Below are positions 8,538 to 19,025 of a DNA stretch of 64,000 nt, piece by piece (within the stretch, counting starts at the first letter, position 1; each line of letters begins with the position of its first letter). Position numbers and translations under genes: made by a program. The stretch is from Candidatus Poribacteria bacterium (GTDB lineage: Bacteria > Poribacteria > WGA-4E > WGA-3G): contig CBDBFU010000014.1 of assembly GCA_965205025.1 (NCBI GenBank), forward strand, positions 384,001-448,000, given 5' to 3'. The notes below the pieces were generated by a model, which was given only the letters and a program-made list of their open reading frames with translations, ran no database searches and was not told the DNA's origin.

Positions 8538-10205
8538 ATGCCAACAAATTTAAGTGATTCTAACGACAACATTAATAGAATATTGGGGGTTGATATACAA
8601 TATGAGGTACCGCTTTATCAAAGGCGTTACGTCTGGAATAAGGCAAATTGGGAAACACTTTTGGAAAATATCTTTGACCTGGCAAAGTTAAAACCTCTTG
8701 CACGAGGAGAAGGACATTTTACAGGTCCTATTGTAACCCGTAGCATTGCTGGAGCACAAAACAAATTTGAGGTGATTGATGGACAACAACGACTCACAAC
8801 GTTTGAAATTATTTTTTGTGTTATCAGAGATCTATGTATTGGACTTGAAGATCTGAGAGATAATGCTATAATAACGGACGCAGAGCGACACTTGTTGTCT
8901 GGTTCTAACCATAAACTCATACCAACAATTTACGACAGAAAGGCATTCAAGAAAATAGTTAAGCGAAGATATGGCACAAAGATCCATAAAGCATTTGATA
9001 TAAATAAGAACCTTTTAGATGATAATGGGGTAAAGCGTCTGAAAGAGGACGCTGTAGAAAAAGTTAGATTACAGGTGTTTGGTAAAAAAAAGGTTAGCAC
9101 CAGCATCCTTAATGCTTACCGTTATTTTTATGAGGAGATTAGGCATCATGTCCAAAAAGATTCCAACGAGGTATTTAACCTAATTAGTGTCATTAAGAAT
9201 GATTTTAAGATTATTCACCTATCACTCGGTGAGACCGAGCAAGCGGAAAAGGTCTTTGAATCAATCAATGCAACAGGTAGAATGCTTAAAAATTTCGATT
9301 ATCTCAGAAACAATCTGTTTCTACGGGCTAGAAATTTGGGAGAAGATCCTATAGAAAAGGTGCTATTTAGAGATAAATATTATGAAAATTCAGACTATTG
9401 GCGTTTTGAAAATGAATCTAATTACTGGGATACCGATAAATTAGAGTCATTTCTACGGACTTTTCTCATGGCAACATGGAATCCCAGATGTTTCGAGGAG
9501 AAAAATGCCCAACCATTTGGTGAATATCAAAAGTATAGCAAAAAATTAGAGAGGACGCATGCGGCAGATAAACAGAGAATTCCTTATGAATTCCAGCAAT
9601 TAAGTGGATGGGCAAAATCTTATCGGGAGTTGTTGGAAGATGAACCAAAATTTGATGCTTACGTGAAATTATGTAAAGACGTTGATCTTTCTCGTGACTT
9701 GGATTCGTTGATATTATTCGTAAAGCATAATCATCCAAATCAACTTGATAAAGTTATTGAAATTTTGGAGTCTTATACGGTGAGGCGAATGTTTGTTCTC
9801 GAAAAAACAGCATATACTCTGGCAGAGATAACAAAGGAAAGTTATGATAACATAGTCGGCTTTCTTTTTGAAGTAGTGACAAAAAAAGATGTCACCTTCA
9901 GTACTGAAGCATTCGCAAAATTTCTCCAAAAACATGAGTGGCCAGATGAAGACAAGGTTATAAAGGCCTTTGAACAAGCAGACTCTAAGAACTTTAATTT
10001 TATTACTTATATGTTCCATGAAATAGTAAAATGGGATAAAGAAAGATCTTCACTGTATGGACAGGAACCTTTAAGTTGGGGCGAACATGGGGATCTTTCA
10101 AGAAAGATTGAGGAACTTTTAAAAGATGATTCCGATAAACTTATGGAAATTTTTAATGAAATATGGCCGCCTCCCTTCTACTTTACGAATAATTTTGAAT
10201 CCTAA
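8538..10205 (+). CDS. DUF262 (GmrS/SspE-like ParB-fold NTPase) domain protein
   Basis: VPLYQRRYVW, HFTGPIV, VIDGQQRLTT and VFESINATG..L..FDYLRN motifs. No recognisable HNH at the C-terminus. Confidence 0.85.
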   Translation: MPTNLSDSNDNINRILGVDIQYEVPLYQRRYVWNKANWETLLENIFDLAKLKPLARGEGHFTGPIVTRSIAGAQNKFEVIDGQQRLTTFEIIFCVIRDLCIGLEDLRDNAIITDAERHLLSGSNHKLIPTIYDRKAFKKIVKRRYGTKIHKAFDINKNLLDDNGVKRLKEDAVEKVRLQVFGKKKVSTSILNAYRYFYEEIRHHVQKDSNEVFNLISVIKNDFKIIHLSLGETEQAEKVFESINATGRMLKNFDYLRNNLFLRARNLGEDPIEKVLFRDKYYENSDYWRFENESNYWDTDKLESFLRTFLMATWNPRCFEEKNAQPFGEYQKYSKKLERTHAADKQRIPYEFQQLSGWAKSYRELLEDEPKFDAYVKLCKDVDLSRDLDSLILFVKHNHPNQLDKVIEILESYTVRRMFVLEKTAYTLAEITKESYDNIVGFLFEVVTKKDVTFSTEAFAKFLQKHEWPDEDKVIKAFEQADSKNFNFITYMFHEIVKWDKERSSLYGQEPLSWGEHGDLSRKIEELLKDDSDKLMEIFNEIWPPPFYFTNNFES

Positions 10206-10300
10206 ACCAATAGGTTGTTGAGTTGTGTTAGATTTAATATTAGGTAAGGAATCAGGGAACTCTAACTAAAAAATTGAATTAACCTCAAGGATATTTAGGG

Positions 10301-13300
10301 ATGAATGCAACCCCAGAAAGCTTAAATAGTTTGTTCAGTATTGACGTTCAATATAAGGTACCACTTTATCAACGGCGTTATGTCTGGGAGAATAGTGATT
10401 GGAGCGAGCTCTGGAAAGATATCCTCGATCAAGAAAAAATAGATTCTTTTAAAAACGCAAGACATTTCACTGGTCCCATTGTTACACGTCTCATTAAAAG
10501 ACAACAAAAAAGGTTTGAAGTGATTGATGGACAACAACGCTTGATTACCTTCCAAATTATCTTTTGTGTTATTAGAGATTTATGTGAGTTATTTGAATTT
10601 TCTGGTTCAGAAACAGAAAAAAAAGCAAAAGAACATATAGAAAATGACGAAACTGCCAGAAAAGATTTCCAAAGTAGAGACCCTAATTATGAAGACCCTG
10701 ACAAGAGACTTCCTGATCCCACCTATAAATTCATCCCGACAGATTACGATAAAACAGCATTTGATGCAATAATAGAAAAGTTATATGGAAAAAAAATCAA
10801 CGAAACATTAAAAAAAAATGACAACAGTCCGGAAGAGGATATACTTAAAGAAGCTAGATCACAACAATTTGGTGAAGAAACGGTTAGTGACAATATCCTC
10901 AATGCTTATGATTATTTCTATAAGAAAATTAAGAACTATATTGAAGGAGACACCCAGGAAGACAACCATGTTGAAGGGGTCGAGGAAAAGCTTGAAAAAG
11001 AGAAAAAAATATCCAACTTACTTGATACTATCAAGTCCAACTTTGAACTCGTTCAAATAACGCCTGGCGACTCGCAGCAAGCGGAAGAAATATTTGAATC
11101 AGTCAATGCAACAGGAAGGAAACTTTCAGAGTTTGATTATCTGAGAAACAATCTTTTTCTACGTGCTCGTGACCAAAGTGATGAATTCTATAAAGAGTAC
11201 TGGATCTTTGATAATGATCCTGATTCCTATGATTGGAATGAAGACACACTGGAATCATTTTTTCAGGCGTTTCTTATGGCAAAATTGGGGCCTAATGCCC
11301 TTAACAACAATGTGAAATTATTTGATTTATACCAAGATAACTTAGTTTCCGAGCACAACCTTGCAGAAGAGTTTGAGGAATTAAGAAATCATGCAGAGGT
11401 TTATAGAGAAATGGACGATCCGACTTCAGAGTTTGGAGTCCGAATGCAATTTTATAAAGACCTTAGTACTTTTTATACTGAGGAAGATGAAGAAAGTTAC
11501 AATCCAGTTAAAGGTTTAGAATATAACTATTATGTAACAGTTATTCGATCATTCATTATGTATTTACAACAGAAGTTAAAAAGGCCTAAAGATGAAATCC
11601 TTAGCGTTTTTAAAATTCTTGAATCTTATGTAGCGCGTTGCCTCTTTGCTGATACTGTTACAAATTATGATTCCTATCAATCAATTAAAAGCTTCTTTTC
11701 TGATTTGTTCTCAGAACAAGACGACGTATTTTTTTCAGGAGATATAATAGAATATCTTAAAAGCAAAAAAAGCAAAAGAGAATGGATATCTAATACTATG
11801 ATTAAAAGTTGGTTTCGTGGGGAGAAATATCTTATTAATTGGCACGGATCACTTAGAGAAGATCGACAGTTTTCATTACGTTATATCTTTTATAGAATCG
11901 AAAATTGGAAGAGAAAGCATGCTGGGGAAAATATGTTAAGTTTTGAAGAATTTCCACCTGATAAGGTTTCTGTGCGTACATTTATACAATTAACATCCGA
12001 TGAAGAGGCTTGGAGAAGTCTCGGAAATCTAACTTTTTATTGGAAGGATGATCACGATCAGGAAATTAATACCTTGAATAGCGCAAATGCGTTTCTGCAG
12101 GAAGGACGTAATAACATATTATTATTGAACAGCGAAATATATAGTGAACCAGAATCAAAATGGGAACGAGGAAAAATTAAGGGTAGAGAACAAAAATTAG
12201 TATCTGCTTTCTGCAATATATGGCAGCCTGACCCTTGGGAAGATATTGAAGATATTAAGACTGAGTATCCGCTCCTTGAAGAAGTGGAAGGTACCGTTGT
12301 TAATATTAAAGAAGATGGCGTGTATGTTCAATTAGAGCTTGGTATCAAAGGATATGTCCCTGTCAATGAAATATCGTGGACTCGTCGCAAAATTATTCCT
12401 TCGAAGCATTTCGAACAAGGTGAGACAGTTAGAGCCAAGGTAATAAATGAAGTTGTAAAAGAAGAACGGGAAATTAGGCTAAGCACTAGACAAACGCAAC
12501 CTAAACCTTGGAAAGATTTTGATGCCAAGTATCCGGTTGGTAAAGAAGTGGAAGGTACAGTTATAGAAATAGACAAATCTGGGATAACGCTTGAGTTAGA
12601 AGAGGGAGTTGAAGGAGTGATCGCGAAAGAAGAGATAGCATGGACTGCTCACAGTAATGTTGATCCCAACGACTATGTTAATGATGGCGATCAAATTAAG
12701 TCCAAAATACTTAAAATTTCAAAGGATCAAGGAATCCTGCACCTAAGCATCAAGCAAATGCAACCTAACCCTTGGAAAGATATTGATGCAAGGTATCCAG
12801 TTGGTAAAGAAGTGGAAGGTACAGTTATAGAAATAAACAAATCCGGGATAACTCTTGAGTTAGAACAAGGGATTGGAGGAGTGATCGCGAAAGAAGAGAT
12901 AGCATGGACTGCTCACAGTAATGTTGACCCCAACGACTATGTAAGTAAAGGCGATTGGATTAAAGCCAAAATATTTGAAATTTCAAAGGATCAAGGAATC
13001 CTGCACCTAAGCATCAAGCAAACGCAACCTAACCCTTGGAAAGATATTGATGTAAGGTATCCGGTTGGTAAAGAAGTGGAAGGTACAGTTATAGAAATAA
13101 ACAAATCCGGGATAACGCTTGAATTAGAACAAGGGATTGGAGGAAGGGTTGATGCTTCAGAAATAGCGTGGACTCTCGACAAAATTATTCCTTCGGAGCA
13201 TTTCAAAAAAGATGATACAGTTATAGCCAAAATACTTAAAGTTTCAGAGACAAAACAAGAAATTTTGCTAAGCATCAAGCAAACACAGTCCAATAATCCT

Positions 13301-14110
13301 TGGAAAGATATTGACACGAGATATTTGGTCGGTGAAGAAGTTCAGGGTACTGTTGTTGAAATCGACCGATATGGTACGACTTTTCAATTGGAACCAGGAG
13401 TTCAGGGATTTATTAATCGTGATGAGATGGTGTGGACCAATTCTAGCAAGAACATTGTGCCATCAAAGATTGTAAATGAAGGTGAGGAGATTAAAGCCAA
13501 AATACTTGAAATTTCAGCCGAGAAAGAATATCTTCAGCTAAGTATCAAACAGACCCAGCCAAATCCTTGGATAAAATTTACCCAAAACAATAAAGAAGGC
13601 ACTGTTGTGCAGGGTAAAATTTACGAGTTTACTTCATTCGGGGCCTTCGCTGAATTAGAAAAAGGAATTGTGGGTTTAATTCGCAATTCTGACTTGACAG
13701 ATAGGTGGATCGAAAAACCGGAGGAAATTGTATCAAAAGGAGAAGAATTAGACCTGAAAGTGATTAAAATAGATCAAAAAAAGAGGCAAATTTATTTGAG
13801 CTTGAAGGCAGTTTGGGCGAAAATTGCTGAGAAATACAAAGTTGGTTCTGTTGTCCAGGGAAAAATTGTCAAACTCAGTACTTGTGATGCTTTAGTTGAA
13901 TTAGAAGAAGGAATTGAGGTGCTCATTGAAAAGCATGAACTTGCAGGACAGCTTGAAAAACTGTCAGTTGGAACCGAATTAGACGTGCAAGTGATTAAGG
14001 TGGATCAATACAAAAGACAAATTCGTTTGAAAGAGGTAACCCCTACTCTTTTAGAGACTCGCCTCAAAGAAGCAATAGAGAAAAAAAATACTGACAAATC
14101 CGAGGGTTAA
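10301..14110 (+). CDS. DUF262 domain + degenerate DUF1524-like region + seven S1 (OB-fold) domains
   Basis: Same DUF262 motifs (VIDGQQRLIT, IFESVNATG). SLGNLT motif near 12020. From about 12230, seven bS1-type repeats of the form PW..YPVGKEVEGTV..LEEG..G..EI.W..KIL.I..I.LSIKQ. Confidence 0.85.
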   Translation: MNATPESLNSLFSIDVQYKVPLYQRRYVWENSDWSELWKDILDQEKIDSFKNARHFTGPIVTRLIKRQQKRFEVIDGQQRLITFQIIFCVIRDLCELFEFSGSETEKKAKEHIENDETARKDFQSRDPNYEDPDKRLPDPTYKFIPTDYDKTAFDAIIEKLYGKKINETLKKNDNSPEEDILKEARSQQFGEETVSDNILNAYDYFYKKIKNYIEGDTQEDNHVEGVEEKLEKEKKISNLLDTIKSNFELVQITPGDSQQAEEIFESVNATGRKLSEFDYLRNNLFLRARDQSDEFYKEYWIFDNDPDSYDWNEDTLESFFQAFLMAKLGPNALNNNVKLFDLYQDNLVSEHNLAEEFEELRNHAEVYREMDDPTSEFGVRMQFYKDLSTFYTEEDEESYNPVKGLEYNYYVTVIRSFIMYLQQKLKRPKDEILSVFKILESYVARCLFADTVTNYDSYQSIKSFFSDLFSEQDDVFFSGDIIEYLKSKKSKREWISNTMIKSWFRGEKYLINWHGSLREDRQFSLRYIFYRIENWKRKHAGENMLSFEEFPPDKVSVRTFIQLTSDEEAWRSLGNLTFYWKDDHDQEINTLNSANAFLQEGRNNILLLNSEIYSEPESKWERGKIKGREQKLVSAFCNIWQPDPWEDIEDIKTEYPLLEEVEGTVVNIKEDGVYVQLELGIKGYVPVNEISWTRRKIIPSKHFEQGETVRAKVINEVVKEEREIRLSTRQTQPKPWKDFDAKYPVGKEVEGTVIEIDKSGITLELEEGVEGVIAKEEIAWTAHSNVDPNDYVNDGDQIKSKILKISKDQGILHLSIKQMQPNPWKDIDARYPVGKEVEGTVIEINKSGITLELEQGIGGVIAKEEIAWTAHSNVDPNDYVSKGDWIKAKIFEISKDQGILHLSIKQTQPNPWKDIDVRYPVGKEVEGTVIEINKSGITLELEQGIGGRVDASEIAWTLDKIIPSEHFKKDDTVIAKILKVSETKQEILLSIKQTQSNNPWKDIDTRYLVGEEVQGTVVEIDRYGTTFQLEPGVQGFINRDEMVWTNSSKNIVPSKIVNEGEEIKAKILEISAEKEYLQLSIKQTQPNPWIKFTQNNKEGTVVQGKIYEFTSFGAFAELEKGIVGLIRNSDLTDRWIEKPEEIVSKGEELDLKVIKIDQKKRQIYLSLKAVWAKIAEKYKVGSVVQGKIVKLSTCDALVELEEGIEVLIEKHELAGQLEKLSVGTELDVQVIKVDQYKRQIRLKEVTPTLLETRLKEAIEKKNTDKSEG
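12506..13297 (+). repeat. 264-bp tandem coding repeat (S1 domains 2-4)
   Basis: CCTTGGAAAGAT recurs at 12506, 12770, 13034 and 13298 (period 264), with near-identical DNA between units. Confidence 0.9.
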
Positions 14111-14134
14111 TATTTTCCAGAATCACCAAGCACT

Positions 14135-14848
14135 TCAACAATATGTAGCAACTTTCTTCCCAACATGAATCGCTACAATCCCAAAGGTCTTGCGATAAAA
14201 TTCTACATCCGTTAAACCATTCTGTTCCATAACCGATTTCAATGCATCACAATCTGGAAATTGAAGGACAGACCTTGGTAGATATCCGTATGCATCATTT
14301 TCGTTACGGGAGATTAAGTTTCCAATGAGGGGTAAGATCTTCGTAAAATAGAAGTAGTAAAGTCTCCGAAACAACGGATTCTCGGGTTGTGAAAACTCTA
14401 AGATAACGACCCTGCCACCGGGTGCAGCAACACGCGTCATCTCGCGTATCCCTAACTCTAAATCTGAAACGTTCCGAATACCGAAACCGACAGAGACAAC
14501 GTCAAAAGTATTGTCTAAAAACGGAAGTGAGAGAGTATCTGCTGTCAGAAAGTTTGTGTTACGGTGCGACGCATTCCTTTCCACCTTCTGATTTCCTATA
14601 ACGAGCATTTCAAAGCAGAAATCTGAGCCGATAACGAAACCCTCTGTCCCAATTTTATCCGCATAAGCAAGAGCAAGTTCACCTGTGCCAGTACAAACAT
14701 CTAACACCTTACTCATCGGTTCAACGTCGCTTGCATTGGCAGTTTCGTGTCGCCACATCTTGTCACGCTTAAGGCTTAGCAGCGAGTTAAGAAAGTCGTA
14801 ATAACGAGCAATGGCAGAAAATAGGTTTCTTATTTGGTGTGCCTGCAT
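14135..14848 (-). CDS. menG: Demethylmenaquinone/ubiquinone methyltransferase (MenG/UbiE)
   Basis: LFSAIARYYDFLNSLLS, VLDVCTGTG, LPFLDNTFD, GFGIRNV, PGGRVVILEFS. Likely start is MQAHQ at 14848, just after the repaired pheT stop. Confidence 0.9.
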   Translation of the reverse strand: MQAHQIRNLFSAIARYYDFLNSLLSLKRDKMWRHETANASDVEPMSKVLDVCTGTGELALAYADKIGTEGFVIGSDFCFEMLVIGNQKVERNASHRNTNFLTADTLSLPFLDNTFDVVSVGFGIRNVSDLELGIREMTRVAAPGGRVVILEFSQPENPLFRRLYYFYFTKILPLIGNLISRNENDAYGYLPRSVLQFPDCDALKSVMEQNGLTDVEFYRKTFGIVAIHVGKKVATYC

Positions 14849-14852
14849 AACC

Positions 14853-17283
14853 CTATATCCGTAATTCCGCACCCAATTCCTGCTTAAGACTTTGGACAAC
14901 CTTATCGTGAAGGGCATTTACTGCCTTGTCTGTCAAAGTTTCGGTTGCAGAATGATACGTGATAGCGTAGGAGAGACTCTTCTTGCCTTCCGGGGACCTG
15001 TTCACCTTCATAAAAATCGAATAAGCGGACCGATTCGACTAATTCGCCACCTATTGTCTGGATAAGTCTTGTCGGTGTCTCTGACAATATCTCTTCATCT
15101 ACGACAATCGTGAGATCGCGTGCAACCTTAGAGTAGATTGAGAACGGTTTAAAACATTTGACAAACGCTGAGACCTCCACTAACTTTTCAAAGTCAAGGT
15201 CAAAAAGATACACTGGATACGGCAAACCTTGGAAAACAATATCCCTCTCATACACCGAATTCAAGTGATAATTCTCAAGCAATTCCGGGTGCACTCTGCC
15301 GAAAATACCAATGCGATGATTTCCTAAAACTGCTTCTGCGTTTTGCTCCGGATGGAAAGTTGGATCCTGCGTTTTCTTAAGTGTATAATTGTCAATACCA
15401 CATATTTCAAGGATACCCTCAACAACACCTTTGATGTCAAAAAAATCCGGAGGTCTATACGAATTACCATAGACACCGCCACCCAATACTCCGGCGAAGA
15501 TTCCAGCGACTCGTTCCTGTTCTTTTTCTTGGATAAACACCTTAGACATCTCAAAGAATGTGATATTATCTATTTGGTGATTGAGGTTGTACTGGGCATT
15601 TTCGAGTAAGCTCGGTAACAGTGTTGTACGGAGCACAGACATTTCCGGACTCAGTGGATTTCGCAATTGCAAAGCATCACGAAGCGGATCATTTGCATTC
15701 AATCGAATCTTGTCGAAGCAGTTGGGATCACAAAAACTATAGTTAACAACTTCCATCATACCGGCAGCGAGGAGAAAATGCTTTATACGCTTGCGAACCT
15801 CTGTGCTCGGATTCGGGGTAGGTACAGGAATGTCACCTTTGGGCAATGTTGTTGGGATTTTGTCATACCCATAGACCCGTGCAATCTCCTCAATTAGATC
15901 TATTTCACGTGATATATCTGGCCTGAATGATGGAACAGTCACCTGAAATATATTATCTCCTTGTTGGATAATCCCGAATCCTAAATTCATTAGTATTCTT
16001 GCAATTTCAGGTGTATCAAGTTTAGTACCAAGTATGAAATTGATACGATCGGTCCGGAGTTGTACCTTTAGAAGTTCACTCTTGCCAGGATAAACATCGA
16101 CAACACCTTTACATGAAAAGCCACCTGCTATTTCAACTATTAATTGCGTTGCACGATCAAGGGCAGTGATTACTCCCTCAGGATCCACTTCCCTCTCAAA
16201 TCTATAAGATGCTTCTGTATGCATTCCCAATTTCTTTGAAGTTGCTCGGATACTTGATGCAGAAAAATTCGCACTTTCCAAAAGCACATCACATGTAGAC
16301 TCAGTTATTTCTGAATCATATCCTCCCATAACACCTGCGAGTGCCACAGATTTATCGGCATCGGCAATAACCAACATATCAGGTGTAAGTTCGCGTTCTT
16401 CTTCATCAAGTGTAATTAATTTCTCTCCTTCTGATGCACGTCGTACGACAATTCGGTTTTCAGCAAGTTTGTTGTAATCAAAAGCATGAAGTGGTTGTCC
16501 ATATTCCATCATAACAAAATTAGTCGCATCTACAATATTATTTATTACACCAATCCCTATTGATTCAAGTCTCTTTTTCAACCATTCTGGGGATTCACCT
16601 ATTTTTACACCTTGAATTACACGAGCGGTATAACGAGTACACAAATCAGGTGCTTCAATTGTTACTGATGTCTTACTATTAACATCTATGTTATTTTCTT
16701 TGATGGTAATATTTGGCAATCTTAATGTATTCCCTGTTTCAGCTCTAATTTCCCGACAAACACCTATCATACTTAAACAGTCTGGACGATTCGGCGTTAT
16801 TTCCAATTCAAAGATTACATCATCTAAATCTAATGCTTCAGTTATAGACTTACCAATAGGAAAATCTTTGGATAACTCCATTAATCCTGATGCTTCGTCA
16901 GAAATACCCAATTCCTTTTCTGAACATAACATTCCATGGGATACTTCACCACGCAATTTCGCACGTTTAATGGTGATTCCAGTCGGTAATTCAGTATCGA
17001 TTGTAGCTACAGGTGCAAACATCCCTTCAGAGACATTCGGGGCACCACATACAATCTGTAAATCATCGGTATCACCTATATCAACCTGACAAAGAACAAG
17101 TTTATCTGCATTGGGATGAGGGCGAATAGAATTCACCTTTCCTACTACAACATCATCTAAACCTGTACCTAATTCTGTCATAGATTCAACTTCAATACCC
17201 AACATGGTCAATCTATCAGCAAGCTCAGTTGATGATAAATCAAAATCTATGTAGGTCTTCAACCAATTTAAGCTAACCTTCAT
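14853..17283 (-). CDS. pheT: Phenylalanine--tRNA ligase beta subunit, with an apparent +1 frameshift near the 3' end
   Basis: MKVSLNWLK, HPNADKL, CGAPN, ITPNRPD, SYRFER, DLIEEIARVYGY. Removing one base at about 14991-14995 restores VPEGKKSLSYAITY..ETLTD..ELGAELRI* (stop at 14853). Confidence 0.92.
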
Positions 17284-17347
17284 ATATAAATCCTTATTAC
17301 ATCACTCGGTAGTGTTGAATAGATATCCTTAATTTATCGGTAAACAG

Positions 17348-18361
17348 TTAAAACTGTCTTAAAAATCTAAGGTCATTCTCATAGAATGTCCGTATATCTG
17401 GTATGCGAAACTGTAAATTTGCGATTCTTTCAACACCCATACCGAAAGCAAAACCTGTAACTTCCTCCGGATCATAGTTTACTGCACGAAACACCTCTGG
17501 ATCAACCGCCCCTGCCCCTAATATCTCAATCCAACCAGTATGTCCACAACTTCGACATCCCTTACCTTGACAGACTGTACAGGATATATCTGCCTCAGCA
17601 CTCGGTTCAGTAAATGGGAAGAAATGCGGACGGAATCTCATCTGCGTTTGATCCCCAAACATTTGTTTAGCAAAGGATACCAAAACCCCCTTTAATTCAC
17701 TAAACGTGACATGTGTGTCCACAAGCAGACCTTCTACCTGATGAAACATTGGGGTATGGGACACATCATAATCAACACGATATGCCTTACCGGGGACAAT
17801 AATTCGTATAGGAGGTTTCTGTTTTTCCATTACACGAATTTGAACGGGTGAAGTATGCGTACGAAGTAGATGTCCATCTGTAAGATAAAAGGTATCGTGT
17901 AAATCCCGTGCTGGGTGGTCAGAAGGTGTATTTAAAGCATCGAAATTGTAATGTTCCGTTTCAATTTCTGGACCAGTAACAGCTTGGAACCCCATTTGAT
18001 TAAAGATGGTTTCTATTCGTTCTAAAGTTTGCATTACCGGATGTGCTTTCCCGTAGACAGACTTCCGTCCGGGAAGCGTGATGTCAATTGAATCAGATAG
18101 ATCTTTCTCTTGTTTCTCTCGGTAGAATTCTTCCTTTTTCTCATCAAACAGTTTTTTCAGTTGTTCCCTGATCTCATTTGCGAGTTGACCAACAGATGGC
18201 TTCTCATCTTCGGGCAGCCTGTCCATACCCCGCATGACAGCCGTCAACCTCCCACGGCGAGCAAAATACAAAATCCTGATTTTCTCAAGAGCGTCTGGCG
18301 TTTTAACCTCTTCTAAGGCATTAATTATTTCTCTTTGAATTGCTTGTAGTTCTTCTTTCAT
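17348..18361 (-). CDS. pheS: Phenylalanine--tRNA ligase alpha subunit
   Basis: NFDALN..HPARD.HDTFY, LRTHTSPVQIR, HTPMFHQVEG, FPFTEPSAE, GFAFGMGVER. Confidence 0.97.
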   Translation of the reverse strand: MKEELQAIQREIINALEEVKTPDALEKIRILYFARRGRLTAVMRGMDRLPEDEKPSVGQLANEIREQLKKLFDEKKEEFYREKQEKDLSDSIDITLPGRKSVYGKAHPVMQTLERIETIFNQMGFQAVTGPEIETEHYNFDALNTPSDHPARDLHDTFYLTDGHLLRTHTSPVQIRVMEKQKPPIRIIVPGKAYRVDYDVSHTPMFHQVEGLLVDTHVTFSELKGVLVSFAKQMFGDQTQMRFRPHFFPFTEPSAEADISCTVCQGKGCRSCGHTGWIEILGAGAVDPEVFRAVNYDPEEVTGFAFGMGVERIANLQFRIPDIRTFYENDLRFLRQF

Positions 18362-18394
18362 ATTTCCTCTAATGTCTATTTATGCACCATATTT

Positions 18395-18632
18395 AAACAA
18401 AAATACCCATCACTTCGCTCCATAAAGGATAAATCCTTATGGGGACGAAAGCGATAGGCATCTACTTCCGCGGTACCACCCCGCTTGGCAATTTCTTATA
18501 AATTGCCCACTTTATTGATGTTTTCGACTCCAGGATGAAATTCATCAGTTGCTCTCATAACCGTGCTTTCAGCCGATGACACGGATTCTCTATTTGAGAG
18601 GAATCAACTGCTTACTATGCCCTTCATTGTCA
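18395..18632 (-). ncRNA. T-box riboswitch with Phe (UUC) specifier upstream of pheS
   Basis: Minus strand shows AGTA, AGAGA and GCTGAAAG stem-I motifs, UUC at 18539-18537, T-box GGGGTGGTACCGCG (core 18480-18469) pairing with CGTCCCC, then a terminator hairpin and U-rich run. Confidence 0.9.
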
Positions 18633-18668
18633 ATAATAGTCTATTTCCTTTATAATTTTAATAATACT

Positions 18669-19016
18669 TTAACCTTTAGCTAAGGTGGCAAGTTGTTCAA
18701 AACCCGCTGCATCATTTACAGCTATATCTGCAAGAACTTTTCTATCAAGTTCAATGCCTGCTGTCTTAATTCCATACATGAACCGACTATATGTAAGGCC
18801 ATGCAACCTTGCTGCAGCATTAATCCGCATTATCCAAAGACGTCTGAAATCGCGTTTGCGTGCACGTCTATGTGCGTATGCGTGATTCCAGCCTTTTTCA
18901 ACTGCTTCCATAGCAGTACGGCGAAGGTTGTTACGACCACCACGATACCCTTTGGAGTGCTTAAGTATACGTTTCCGTCTTTTGCGACGGACATTCCCTG
19001 TTTTTACTCGTGCCAT
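18669..19016 (-). CDS. rplT: 50S ribosomal protein L20
   Basis: [40 protein letters not shown]. Confidence 0.98.
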   Translation of the reverse strand: MARVKTGNVRRKRRKRILKHSKGYRGGRNNLRRTAMEAVEKGWNHAYAHRRARKRDFRRLWIMRINAAARLHGLTYSRFMYGIKTAGIELDRKVLADIAVNDAAGFEQLATLAKG

Positions 19017-19025
19017 TCTGAACTC

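Noticed and set aside
10301-14110. Annotating the gene as rpsA (ribosomal protein S1)
   Set aside because: The N-terminal half is DUF262, the repeats are degenerate and tandemly amplified, and the context is accessory.
14849-14917. N-terminal extension of MenG in the ORF track
   Set aside because: Overlaps the true pheT C-terminus in the shifted frame; ATG 14848 fits better.
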